A stretch of DNA of 64,000 nucleotides from Haliotis rubra (Eukaryota): the NCBI RefSeq assembly GCF_003918875.1, contig NW_025765148.1, positions 186,001-250,000 of the forward strand. The letters are read 5' to 3'. The notes under the pieces are model-generated. The model saw only the letters and a program-made list of their open reading frames with translations. It searched no databases and had not been told where the DNA came from. Shown one piece after another: positions 52,741 to 64,000 of the stretch; positions within the stretch are counted from its first letter, which is position 1; the number at the start of each line of letters is the position of its first letter. Both the position numbers and the translations under genes were made by a program.

Positions 52741-52909
52741 CACTATGAACGTTGTAAATACCGACGTTCGCCATGTGCTTTTACAAAGGGACATCACCCC
52801 CAACAATGAAATTATGAATCTAAATTTAGGCCCTTGAACATCCCGGTATGGCAGACTTTTAGGGAAAGTTTTTTAACCGGGCAACATACTTAACTGTCCA
52901 TTATGTTAC

Positions 52910-53497
52910 CTGTTGTGGTCTGTACAGAAGTAGTGCCTTCTTCTCCCGTAGCTGTGGTCGGTACAGAGGTAGTGCCTTTTTTGCCTGTGACTCTGGTCGG
53001 TACAGAGGTAGTGCCTTTTTTGCCTGTGACTCTGGTCGGTACAGAGGCAGTACCTTCTTTGCCTGTGACTCTGGTCGGTACAGAGGTAGTGCCTGTTTTG
53101 CCTGTGACTCTGGTCGGTACAGACCTAGTGCCTTCTGTGCCTGTGACTCTGGTCGGAACAGAGGTAGTGCCTTCTTTGCCTGTGACTCTGGTCGGTACAG
53201 AGGTAGTTCCTTCTTCTCCCGTGACTCTGGTCGGTACAGAGGTAGTGCCTTCTTCTCCCGTGACTCTGGTCGGTACAGAGGTAGTGCCTTCTTCTCCCGT
53301 AGCTCTGGTCGGTACAGAGGTAGTACCGTCTTCTCCAGTGGCTGTGAATGGTACAGAGGTAGTTCCGTCTTCTCCCGTGGCTGCGGTCGGTACAGAGGTA
53401 GTTCCTTCTTCTCCTGAGACTTTGGTCGGTACAGAGGTAGTCCCTTCTTCTCCCGTGGCTGTTGATGGTACAGAGGGAAGAGGTGTTATATCCTTGG
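52910..53497 (-). CDS. PAN-mucin-PAN gene copy 1, exon 3: Thr-rich mucin-like linker, 14 repeats of 13 aa (39 bp)
   Basis: tcaatgttgacag|CC ... ACAG|gtaaca; 588 nt, phase 1/1; (VPTRVTGEEGTTS)n. Confidence 0.85.
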
Positions 53498-54096
53498 CTG
53501 TCAACATTGAAGACAAAGAACTGAATTAAACAAGATATTTTGACCAATTGACTAAGTTTAACCATACAGGGATACACAGGTATATACGTCCTAGGTTTAA
53601 CACTAAAAAGATATCCATATCATTAAACTCTGCTTTTTCTATTCGGCATGCCGTTAACATATTCGCTTTTACTTCCACTGCTTTACTATCTAACTTTCAT
53701 TGGTTGGTCCACACTATGTCACTTTTTCTGATTTTATCCTCTGACATCCATTGGTTATTCCACACTATATCTGCCTGACGTCTAGCCATTATACGTATAG
53801 TAGCAGTAGTCGGGCAGTATAAAAGGAACAGTTTATAAGTACGATTTCGCAGATAATACTTCACTACATATTGAGATTAAGTTTTACAGTTGAGAGACAA
53901 AACACACGCAAACAACCTCCTCATGGTTCGGATTATCTCCTTATCTCCGACAGTACCTATAATGCTGCACAGCAACAAGATAAAAGCCTCGAGAAAAGCC
54001 AGGATCTTGAGAAGGGTTTCAGCGAGTTTATTCTAAGATACCGATGAGGCTAGGATAATCTCTTTGTTTAAATCTACTTAAATGTGACTGGCTTAC

Positions 54097-54178
54097 CTGA
54101 CCTAAGGCACAGATACCCTTGGTGAGCAACAGGTGCACACGTCTCTGATGGTTGGCACGTGCACATCCGCCCAGACAC
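54097..54178 (-). CDS. PAN-mucin-PAN gene copy 1, exon 2: short four-Cys module
   Basis: ttctcttcag|GTG ... CAG|gtaagc; 82 nt; VSGRMCTCQPSETCAPVAHQGYLCLRS; conserved in copy 2. Confidence 0.88.
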
Positions 54179-54630
54179 CTGAAGAGAAAACTCTCATTAA
54201 ATGACCTGTGTGATTTAACTTTTTAGTACAACACTAAGTACCACTTGTTTATTGGAAAGACGAGGTTGCAGAAACATCCTTCACAAATTCCCTTCTTTGT
54301 GTTTATCCTTATAAATCTTTGCAACAGATGTCATTGCCCAGTCAGTAAGATGTTTTAGGCACAGAATTGTGTTTTCGTGTTTGCTGTTTAACGATGAACT
54401 AACCAATATTCCAGTCTGGTCTGGATCAGACAATCCGATGATTGATGTCATGAAACTCGCAACGGGAATATGATGTCTTTCTGGTCAAGGAAATCCTATT
54501 ACGAAAACTCATGAGTTGCTGACGATCAAGTGTATACTTATATTTTATTGTGAATTTTGATGTTCTGGAAAACCATTTTCAAGAGGATTTACAAAGATGT
54601 CTTGTATCAGATTGCCATATTCGTACTTAC

Positions 54631-55044
54631 TTCCTCTGCAGACAGTTCAATGTAGACGGAGTCGTCATCAGGTCTCACGGCGGTAGGGAAGTCGGACTCC
54701 GTCACCCTGTTGAGGTCACACACAGCAGGATGTGCCTTCCAGCGCCAGTTCACAGAAACACAGTAGGGCGAGTACAAACACAACGTGTAGCACTGTACCC
54801 GTGCAGTCACAGTCCAGCTACTGACCACATGGTCAGGGACAATAGCCAGCCCAGGGACACTTCTAACCCCTTCCGTCAGCCCTATAGCTCCAGCCAACAC
54901 AGATATGGCCAGTGTATAGGCGGTGTGAGTGACTATTGTTGTAGCCAGTGTTGAGGCGGTGTGGGCCACCATTGTTGTAGCCAGCGTCGATGCGGTGTGA
55001 GCCACCATTGTTGAAGCCGGCGTCGAGGCGGTGTGCTCCACCAT
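54631..55044 (-). CDS. PAN-mucin-PAN gene copy 1, exon 1: repeated leader, signal peptide and PAN/Apple domain
   Basis: MVEHTASTPAST repeats, TLAISVLAGAIG, VQCYTLCLYSPYCVSVNW...VCDLN...SVYIEL; donor GAA|gtaagt; TATATAAAA on minus at 55170-55162; start codon ambiguous (three in-frame ATGs). Confidence 0.85.
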
Positions 55045-56111
55045 TGTTGAAGTCGGTGTCGAGGCGGTGTATACCTTCACAACTGCAGCCAACAGAGTGG
55101 ATGCCTAAACTTTCCTTCTCCCAAAGAGTCTGCATCTGGACCTACAGATCTGTACAGGACATTTTATATATTACCGATATATGTTAAATAATACATTTGA
55201 ATGTATCAATGAACGATCGATTACATATAAACAGCGAACACGTGATCAATATTGACCTATTAAAATAATTAATTGGTTTGTAATCGGTTACAGGCGACCT
55301 CATCTTTGCATACATAATGTACAACAGGTTTATGTGTGACTCGCCATGTCTGGGATCATTTCAACAAGAACCCTGTGGATAGTTCGAACGTTCGATACCA
55401 GGCAGCTTTCTGAAATGCTAAAGCAATGGTAAGGGACAGTGGGTAGTCTGATGGTTACAATGGTTCGCTCGTCACACCGAAGTCTCGGTTTCGATTCCCA
55501 AAATGGTTACAATGTTTGAAACACACTTTAGGAGCTGTGATAGTGCTGGAATAATGCTATACGTAGAGTAAGACAAAATAGTGCTGCACTACAAACATAT
55601 GCGGATTGCAAGAATCAGTTGGTCCAATTGGCTCTGTTTCTTGCAGATATGGCCATGAGCCAGAGCATATCATGGTTGAGTCACAGCCTCCGGGTTCTTC
55701 TAATGCGGAATAGGGCCCGTGGGGTAGCCTAGTTGTTTAGCGTCCACTCGTCACGCTGAAGACCCGGGTTCGATTCCCCACATCCAAGTGTAATAGAGGC
55801 GGTGCTGTGGCCTGGTTATTAAAGCGTTCGCCTGTCAAGTCGATGACACTGGTTCGATTCCCCATATGGGTACAATGTGTGAAGCCCATTCCTGGTGTCT
55901 CCCGCTGTGATTTTGGCGGAATATTGCTAAAAGCGGCGCAAAACTCAACTAACTCACTCTCTCGAATGCGGAATAAACTTTTGTATACCAGTCATAAAAT
56001 AATATCCAGGTATTTTTTCTTCGTAAGTTGTTTCTCGTGCTCGGCACATTTCTTCCGAAAATATATCCATAGAATACTAATCATCAAAGGTTTGGGCAGT
56101 GGGGTAGCCTA

Positions 56112-56620
56112 TAGTCTGTTTGCAGTCAAAACGTACCGATTAATTCCACTTTAAACAGAAAAATAAATCAAATAAAGTGAAATTAAGATTGCGAATCCTC
56201 ATAATTTGACCTTGCCAATTAAACATATAAATTTCAGAATTTTATTCAACTTGTTTAACAGACGATCATAGATTCAAACCGCTATTATTGGTTTGTATTA
56301 CAAGGGAGTAAACGCAGTAATTGGAACAGTGATACAAATGCACGTGCAGTACGTGATGAGAGTTAACTTAGACCAACCGTACTTCTTCTCGGTGTTTCAT
56401 TTAATGTGCATACCACCTTGTAACACGAACCAACAATAGCAATTTGAAACTATGATCGTTTGTTCAACAACTTTTATCCAAGTTGAATAAAATTCTGAGA
56501 TTTAAATGTTCAATTGGCAAGGTAAAATCATGAGGATTCGTACTTCTAATTTCACTTTATTTGATTTATGTTTTTGTTTAAAGTGAAATTCATCGGTACG
56601 TTTTCACTGCAAACAGACTA
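56112..56620. mobile_element. Foldback MITE with about 200-bp imperfect inverted arms
   Basis: tagtctgtttgcagtcaaaacgtaccgat... / ...atcggtacgttttcactgcaaacagacta. Confidence 0.88.
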
Positions 56621-57368
56621 AAGCGGAGAATCGGTCTTCGGCGTCACGGACGAACGCTTTAACCACTAAGCCACATCAACGCCCCTGAACGTTACCAAGA
56701 ACCCTACGTAAAGTTGACTTTCTTCTTAGTGTCCTATTTGTATGTGTATATAACGCAGCCAGCGAACAACAAAAGCAGAACAGTAATTAAGATACACCTA
56801 AACGTATCCTTCTAAAATCGAAGTCACTTCGATGTGAAATCGAGTCCAGATCGATAATTATTTCCTAATTAAGGCTGACACTACTGTCAATTAAAGCCCC
56901 CCTCATCGTTATTACATGTAGTCATGTATAATGTGTGCCAGCAGAGTCTGGCTCCTCCCACAGGCGGTGCCGGGACATGCTGGCTGGTCCAATGACAGGA
57001 GATTGAATTATATTAACACTTCACCTATTACATAATTTCTAAGACATACTAGTCACAAAACAAGTTCAATATTTTCTGTATTAAAAACACAAACATTATA
57101 CATGCATCAGTAGATACACGTTACTGACGAATCTATGTTAGATAATATGTAATTGGTCGTTTATTAACACACCGAAACAGCCCAGATCAAATTCATTGTT
57201 AGCACATATTGGTAAAAGATAAAACGTTCTGTACAGTTTATATATCCAGATGCAGGCTGGTTGGAAGAAGGAGTTTATGTCTCCACTGTAGTAGGTGATG
57301 GTAGGTGGCGTACACCGCCTCTACAATTAAACAATCTGGCTCACACCGCATCGACGCTGGCTTCAACA

Positions 57369-57710
57369 ATGGTGGCCCACACCGCCTCAACACTGGCTAC
57401 AACAATAGTCACTTACACCGCCTATACACTGGCCATATCTGTGTTGGCTGGAGCTATAGGGCTGATGGAAGGGGTCAGAAGTGTCCCCGGTCTGGCTATT
57501 GTCCCTGACCATGTGGTCAGTAGCTGGACTGTGACTGCACGGGTACAGTGCTACACGTTGTGTTTGTACTCGCCCTACTGTGTTTCTGTGAACTGGCGTT
57601 GGAAGGCACACCCTGCTGTATGTGACCTCAACAAGGTGACGGAGTCCCACTTCCCTACCGCCGTGAGATCTGATGACGACTCCGTCTACATTGAACTGTC
57701 TGCAGAGGAC
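57369..57710 (+). CDS. PAN-domain gene copy 2, exon 1: signal peptide and PAN/Apple domain
   Basis: Inverted near-identical paralogue of 54631-55044; donor GAC|gtaagt. Confidence 0.85.
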
Positions 57711-58186
57711 GTAAGTGTGATTTTAACAATCTGATACAAGACAATTTCATAAATCCTCCTGATAAGGGGATTCCGGGCTATCCAAATTCACAATAAAATA
57801 TAGTATACAATTGACCGTCAGCAACTCATGAGTTGCCGTAAAAGGCGACAAAGTAAATTTAGTTTCTACAAAGGTTATCTGATACAAGACAACGCGGTAG
57901 TTCCTCCGGATAAAGATTTCCGGACAGTCGAGATTCCCAATAAAAATAAAGCTGCTTGACTGACAATTACCATTGTCCGGGGAACTGGTCCTCAGCAACC
58001 CATCAGCAACATCGTACAGCTGTAATACTGCTGAGGATATATTCAAAATTGTACAACCGACTTTTAGCAGACATTTTCTTATGCATGTTGAAGGGTTTTG
58101 TCGCTTTTATTTAAGCCTACGATGACCATAATCATCCATTAGAGATTTGTTATGCGCCATAAAAACTCCAGGCACTTGGTGTCAGT

Positions 58187-59710
58187 AGATTTGTTATGCG
58201 CTCATGGCGCTCACACAAAATTTAAAAAACACTGCAGTAGAGGTGTTATATTTTCACTGGTATATCAATCCTTATAGAACTTTTGGAAGAGATGAGTCTT
58301 TATGCAGCTTTTAAAGATTGTCAATGATGGAGATTTCTTTATTCCCAGGGGAAGATCGTTCCACAGAGTTGGGGCCATGTAAGCAAATGATCTCTGTCCA
58401 TACTTTTTGAGGCGGGATTTGGGTACTTTAAGAAGTAACTGATCAGCAGATCTTAGTGTCCGAGAAGGTTCATATTTCTCAATCAATTCTGTCAGATAGG
58501 CAGGAGCTGTTTGATTGACACATTTATATGTCAATGTGAGAATCTTGTATTGGACTCGAGCTTGGACTGGGAGCCAGTGTAGGGAAGTTAGCACTGGTGT
58601 TATATGTGCACACTTCCTCGTTCGGGTCACGATCCGTGCTGCAGTGTTTTGGACCCGTTGGAGTTTCGCAAACTGTTCCTGGGTTAGATTTCCCAACAAG
58701 CTATTTGCATAATCAAGTCTTGTCAATACAAGTGTTCTTGCTAGCATATGTGCCATATCAGTAGAAAGAAGATCTCTAATGGAACCAATATTCCTTAGAT
58801 GAAAATAGCAAGAGTGACAGATTTTAGATATGTGATCATCCATTGATAGACTGTTGTCAAAAACCACACCAAGATTCTTGACACATTCCGAAACTGTAAT
58901 CTCAGAGTCTCCCACTCGAACGGTCTTCACACCAGTGGCCAACCGTTTAGGCAGAGTTCCTGCAAGAAGAGCCTCTGTTTTGCTGTCATTTAGTTTCAGC
59001 TTGTGTATAGTCATCCAGGACTTGATACTATCAGTGCACACTTCCAGTTCAGTCACTGAGTGGCATGCATTTTGGGGTAGAAAACTTTAAGTAACTGTGT
59101 ATCATCTGCGTACATATGATGATTTACACTTGAGGGTGAAAGAGATTTGCCCAGATCAGAAGTATACAGTGTGAATAGGATGGACCCAAGGACAGATCCT
59201 TGAGGAACACCATACTTTAAGATGGCAGTTTCAGAATTTGAGTCACCGATACAAACTGACTGGACTCGACCAGAAAGGTGTGACATAAACCATTTCAGTA
59301 CAGTTCCATCAATACCTATCGACTCCCTCAGTGTTGCTGATAGTTGTTCATGATCGATGGTATCAAATGCCGCCGAGAGATCTAACAATACCAACAAGCC
59401 AACACACCCACCATCCACAGATGTCAACAAATCATTCATAATGCGAAGCAGCGCTGTTTCAGTACTGTGTTCTGGCCTATATGCAGACTGATGCTTATCC
59501 AGTAAGCCAAATCTGTCAAGATGTAAGGAGAGTCTACGTTTCACAGCCTTTTCAAGCACTTTTGAAAGGAATGATAGGTTAGACACAGGACGGTAGTTAC
59601 TGAGGATCGACACGTCTAAGTCCTGTTTCTTTAGAAGAGGTTTGACCACTGCCTATTTGAGATTAACAGGAACTATTCCTGTTGATAGACTCTTATTGAC
59701 AATCCAAGTC
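58187..59710 (-). mobile_element. L2-clade LINE, 5'-truncated, one frameshift near 59055, in intron 1 of copy 2
   Basis: NYRPVSNL, HSTETALL, LLDLSAAFDTIDH, GVPQGSVLG, YADDTQL, LHWLP, RSFAYMAPTLWNDLP. Confidence 0.93.
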
Positions 59711-59713
59711 ATC

Positions 59714-59910
59714 AAAAGATGGCATATCCCCCTCAGGCCCCCACTTATTTGCAACAATCATGTGAATGGTACCCCTTCAAGGATCGTAAAGGGTTGTCTG
59801 CATCTAGAGATGCGTCAGCTCACTAAAGATCGGAAACGGTGCCGTACCCTAACCCTAACACTAACCCTAAGGATCGTAGACTCCCTCCTTAAGGGAGACA
59901 GAGGTATTTT
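59714..59910. mobile_element. Possible Helentron-associated (HINE-like) short element
   Basis: (ccctaa)n tract at 59847-59870 followed by hairpin ctccctccttaagggag and tatttt. Confidence 0.35.
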
Positions 59911-60339
59911 CGCGATTTATAGATCGATACTCTTGATCACTGATTGATTTACAATCAATTATCCACAGATCGGAGCTGATGGCAGCGTTAGACAAACAAA
60001 AGATCAAACCATTGAATTTACGAATGGTGTTTATCGCTCAGAGAGTTCTTCACTGAGACAAAGGGCGGTGGGGTAGCCTTGTGGTTAAAACGTTCGATCG
60101 TCACGCCGAGGACCGGAGTTCTATTTCCCATATGGGTGCAATGTGTGAAGCCAATTTTTGGTGTCCCCCGGGAATATTGCTCAAAGAGGCGTAAAATTAA
60201 ATTCACTCACTCACTGAGATATGTAATTATAACTTCGTCTTTCCACGAAAGAGTTGAGTTTACTTATTACATGGACCGTCAAATATTGTTGTACTAAAAA
60301 GTAAATCACACAGGTCGTTTAAAGAGAGTTTTTCTTCAG

Positions 60340-60421
60340 GTGTCTGGGCGGATGTGCAGGTGCCAACCATCAGAGACGTGTGCACCTGTTGCTCATCAAG
60401 GGTATCTGTGCCTTAGGTCAG
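60340..60421 (+). CDS. PAN-domain gene copy 2, exon 2: four-Cys module
   Basis: tttcttcag|GTG ... CAG|gtaagt; VSGRMCRCQPSETCAPVAHQGYLCLRS. Confidence 0.88.
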
Positions 60422-61066
60422 GTAAGTCAGTCACTGTTGACTAAAACTGAACGAAGAGGCTATTCCAGTATGGCTTCCTTTGCACAGTCGGAAGAGGAAA
60501 TACCCCGAGCTGAAAAATGTGGCGCAAGAAATTGTGTTTAAATCTCTCATTTTTAAAACTTCTTACGCGTGACATTTATCTGCGAATTAACTACACAAAA
60601 AGTGTTTGCTCCTCGGCATTGAAACTGGCACCCTCTGTGTGGAAAAAACAGATCTGTTTCCAGAAGACTTTCTTTACATGTAAACATCGGAAACTCTGAA
60701 CTTCTACACCGCAATTCAAAATTAACAGCTGAATTTCATGATCCATCGATCACCTGATTGTTTATAGTCCGCCGTCGCATGGCAACAGTACGGTATTGCG
60801 GCGTTGCGCTGTAAAAACATTTTCGGTCAAATTATGTGAATGGAGGGTGCTCCCAATAGGCTAGATACGGCGTCCCTGATTGTCAGTAATGTATTCATAC
60901 ACTTTGATAAATGTTTGTAAGGAAGTAATGCTGGGAATTATTTTGCCCTGGCGTTTTCTAAATCAAGTATGGACAGCAACCTCAAACAATATGGTCAGAT
61001 TTCAACCATAGCTTGTTGAAATAGCTTGCCAGTATGTACATATTAAATGTAGTCCTTGGTCTACAG

Positions 61067-61165
61067 GGTTCAGAGAGGACACAACTACAGGGGGTGGAAG
61101 AGAGGAAGATGAGACACCTGCTACCCCAGTACCGACCACAGCCAGAGAAGAGGGTAGGACAGCAG
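61067..61165 (+). CDS. PAN-domain gene copy 2, exon 3: short Thr/Glu linker
   Basis: ggtctacag|GG ... CAG|gtaaga; 99 nt, phase 1/1; GFREDTTTGGGREEDETPATPVPTTAREEGRTA, includes one VPTTA.EEG unit. Confidence 0.72.
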
Positions 61166-61639
61166 GTAAGATGATGAAGAACCTAATAAAGATACATAAA
61201 TCCAATCAGCAAGTATTGATGGCATCCAGCATATTGAGCACCTTGTCTTGAAAGTGGATCCACATCTACTCAAGCTTCACAAACGCAATATGGTTTTCAT
61301 GCTGCAGTGCATGAACTAATATAAACCTAGATATATTTGACTCTAGTTAAATAATGTGACTAGCACGCAAGAAATACCTCCTTTATCGAGCTCACGCGGA
61401 CTATGTGTCAATTTGAGCGTGACAGTTGTGCCTTGTCGCTCGCCTGACAGTCATGCCTGTAGGTTTCCAGCTAACTGAAGCAGGGGGGAGAATTTGAAAC
61501 AGACGTCATCTGCGGCTACAAATGAGACTAGGGTTTACACTATTCGGTATCAACCAGTTACCTTAAAGACTTGTTTAGAATGGGTCGTTTTATCACTACG
61601 TTACTCATCACCATCATTAGTCTCTACTACGTTACTTCA

Positions 61640-64000
61640 TCATAACATCGTCAGTACGTCATAGGTTTGTATACCACGTTACTCCATCACAACATCGTCA
61701 GTAAGTCATAGGCTTGTAAACTACGTTACTTCATCATAACATCGTCTGTACGTCATAGGCTTGTAAACTACGTTATTCCATCACAACAACGTCTACGTTA
61801 CTCCATCACTACATCGTCTGTAAGTCATAGGCTTGTAAACTACGTTAACCATCACTACATCGTTCTACGTTACTTCATCATAACATCGTCTGTACGTCAT
61901 AGGCTTGTTCGTCATTGGCTTGTAAAACTACGTTACATCGTCATCATCGGCTTGTAAACCATGTTACTCCATCACCACATCACATCGTCAGTACGTCATA
62001 GGCTTGTAAACTACGTTACTTCATCACACATCATCGTCATAGGGTTTGTACGTCATAGGCTTGTAAACTACGTTACTCCATCACCAACATCGTCAGTACG
62101 TCATAGGCTTGTAAACTACGTTACTCCATCACAACATCGTCAGTACGTCATAGGCTTGTAAACTACGTTACTTCATCATAACATCGTCTGTACGTCATAG
62201 GCTTGTAAACTACGTTACTCAATCACCACATCGTCAGTACGTCATAGGCTTGTAAACTACGTTACTCCATCACAACATCGTCTGTACGTCATAGGCTTGT
62301 AAACTACGTTACTCCATCACCACATCGTCAGTACGTCATAGGCTTGTAAACTACGTTACTCCATCACTACATCGTCAGTACATCATAGGTTTGTATACTA
62401 CGTTCCTCCATCACCACATCGTCAGTACGTCATAGGTTTGTAAACTACGTTACTCCATCACCACATTGTCAGTACGTCATAGGTTGGTATACTACGTTCC
62501 TCCATCACCACATTGTCTGTACATCATAGGTTTGTATACTACGTTCCTCCATCACCACATCGTCAGTACGTCATAGGTTTGTATACTACGTTCCTCCATC
62601 ACCACATTGTCAGTACGTCATAGGTTTGTATACTACGTTACTCCATCACCACATTGTCAGTACGTCATAGGTTTGTATACTACGTTACTCCATCACCACA
62701 TCGTCAGTACGTCATAGGTTTGTATACTACGTTCCTCCATCACCACATCGTCAGTACGTCATAGGTTTGTATACTACGTTCCTCCATCACCACATCGTCA
62801 GTACGTCATAGGTTTGTATACTACGTTCCTCCATCACCACATCGTCAGTACGTCATAGGTTTGTATACTACGTTCCTCCATCACCACATCGTCAGTACGT
62901 CATAGGTTTGTATACTACGTTACTCCATCATCACATCGTCAGTACGTCATAGGTTTGTATACCACGTTCCTCCATCACCACATCGTCAGTACTTCATAGG
63001 TTTGTATACTACGTTCCTCCATCACCACATCGTCAGTACGTCATAGGTTTGTATACTACGTTCCTCCATCATCACATCGTCAGGACGTCATAGGTTTGTA
63101 TACCATGTTCCTCCATCACCACATTGTCAGTACTTCATAGGTTTGTATACTACGTTCCTCCATCATCACATCGTCAGGACGTCATAGGTTTGTATACTAC
63201 GTTCCTCCATCACCACATCGTCTGTACGTCACAGGTTTGTATACTACGTTCCTGCATCACTACATCGTCAGTACGTCATAGGTTGGTATACTACGTTCCT
63301 CCATCACCACATCGTCAGTACGTCATAGGTTTGTATACTACGTTCCTCCATCACCACATTGTCTGTACGTCATAGGTTTGTATACTACGTTCCTCCATCA
63401 CTACATCGTCAGTACGTCATAGGTTTGTATACTACGTTCCTCCATCACCACATTGTCTGTACGTCACTGGTTTGTATACTACGTTCCTCCATCACTACAT
63501 CGTCAGTACGTCATAGGTTTGTATACTACGTTCCTCCATCACTACATCGTCTGTACGTCATAGGTCTGTATACTACGTTCCTGCATACTACGTTCCTCCA
63601 TTTTGTATACTACGTTCCTCCATCACCACATTGTCAGTACGTCATAGGTTTGTATACTACGTTCCTCCATCACTACATCGTCTGTACGTCATAGGTTTGA
63701 ATACTACGTTCCTCCATCACTACATCGTCAGTACGTCATAGGTTTGTATACTACGTTCCTCCATCACCACATTGTCTGTACGTCATAGGTTTGTATACTA
63801 CGTTCCTCCATCACCACATTGTCAGTACGTCATAGGTTTGTATACTACGTTCCTCCATCACCACATTGTCTGTACGTCATAGGTTTGTATACTACGTTCC
63901 TCCATTACTACATCGTCAGTACGTCATAGGTTTGTATACCACGTTCCTCCATTACTACATCGTCAGTACGTCATAGGTTTGAATACTACGTTCCTGCATC
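61640..64000. repeat. 47-bp minisatellite running off the window
   Basis: Unit catcgtcagtacgtcataggtttgtatactacgttcctccatcacca. Confidence 0.95.

Larger units (their letters stand above)
51530..52774 (-). pseudogene. Decayed HIRAN-like domain ORF split by a SINE and a LINE fragment
   Basis: Reconstructed with frameshifts: MANVGIYNVHSAIRGVHVYMSHWT/PETGQVPDTETDLSNSYDSHAVSIEWENLAIGHIPREQSRICDFVIKRRG/GVIDVQV...PRGGIEVPA/VLSLLGAKKNLKIV. Confidence 0.6.

Noticed and set aside
52903-53529. 208-aa Val-rich plus-strand ORF
   Set aside because: Antisense shadow of the mucin exon; splice phases support the minus strand
59847-59870. Telomere remnant (CCCTAA)n
   Set aside because: Only four imperfect units, more likely part of a short TE

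Overview
Repeat-rich animal genomic DNA with spliced genes. The SINE families and general repeat landscape suggest a gastropod mollusc, possibly abalone (inference, not checked). Genes: (1) the 3' four coding exons of ABHD11 (+), one carrying an in-frame TAA; (2) an intronless-CDS Tctex1-domain dynein light chain (DYNLT5/TCTEX1D1-like, -), with a candidate non-coding first exon and RFX X-box about 5.4 kb upstream; (3) a head-to-head duplicated pair of genes for a secreted protein (signal peptide, PAN/Apple domain, short Cys module, Thr-rich linker, second PAN/Apple domain). The minus copy is complete (about 446 aa, 4 exons, 196-aa mucin linker). The plus copy has a 33-aa linker exon and runs off the window. 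A decayed HIRAN-like ORF, split by a SINE and a LINE, sits in an intron of the minus copy. The rest is L2, Nimb/I-like, RTEX- and CR1-like LINE pieces, four SINE families (one 5S/tRNA/CORE hybrid), Tc1/mariner elements, MITEs and at least six large minisatellites. Several tandem arrays visibly arose inside transposable elements.
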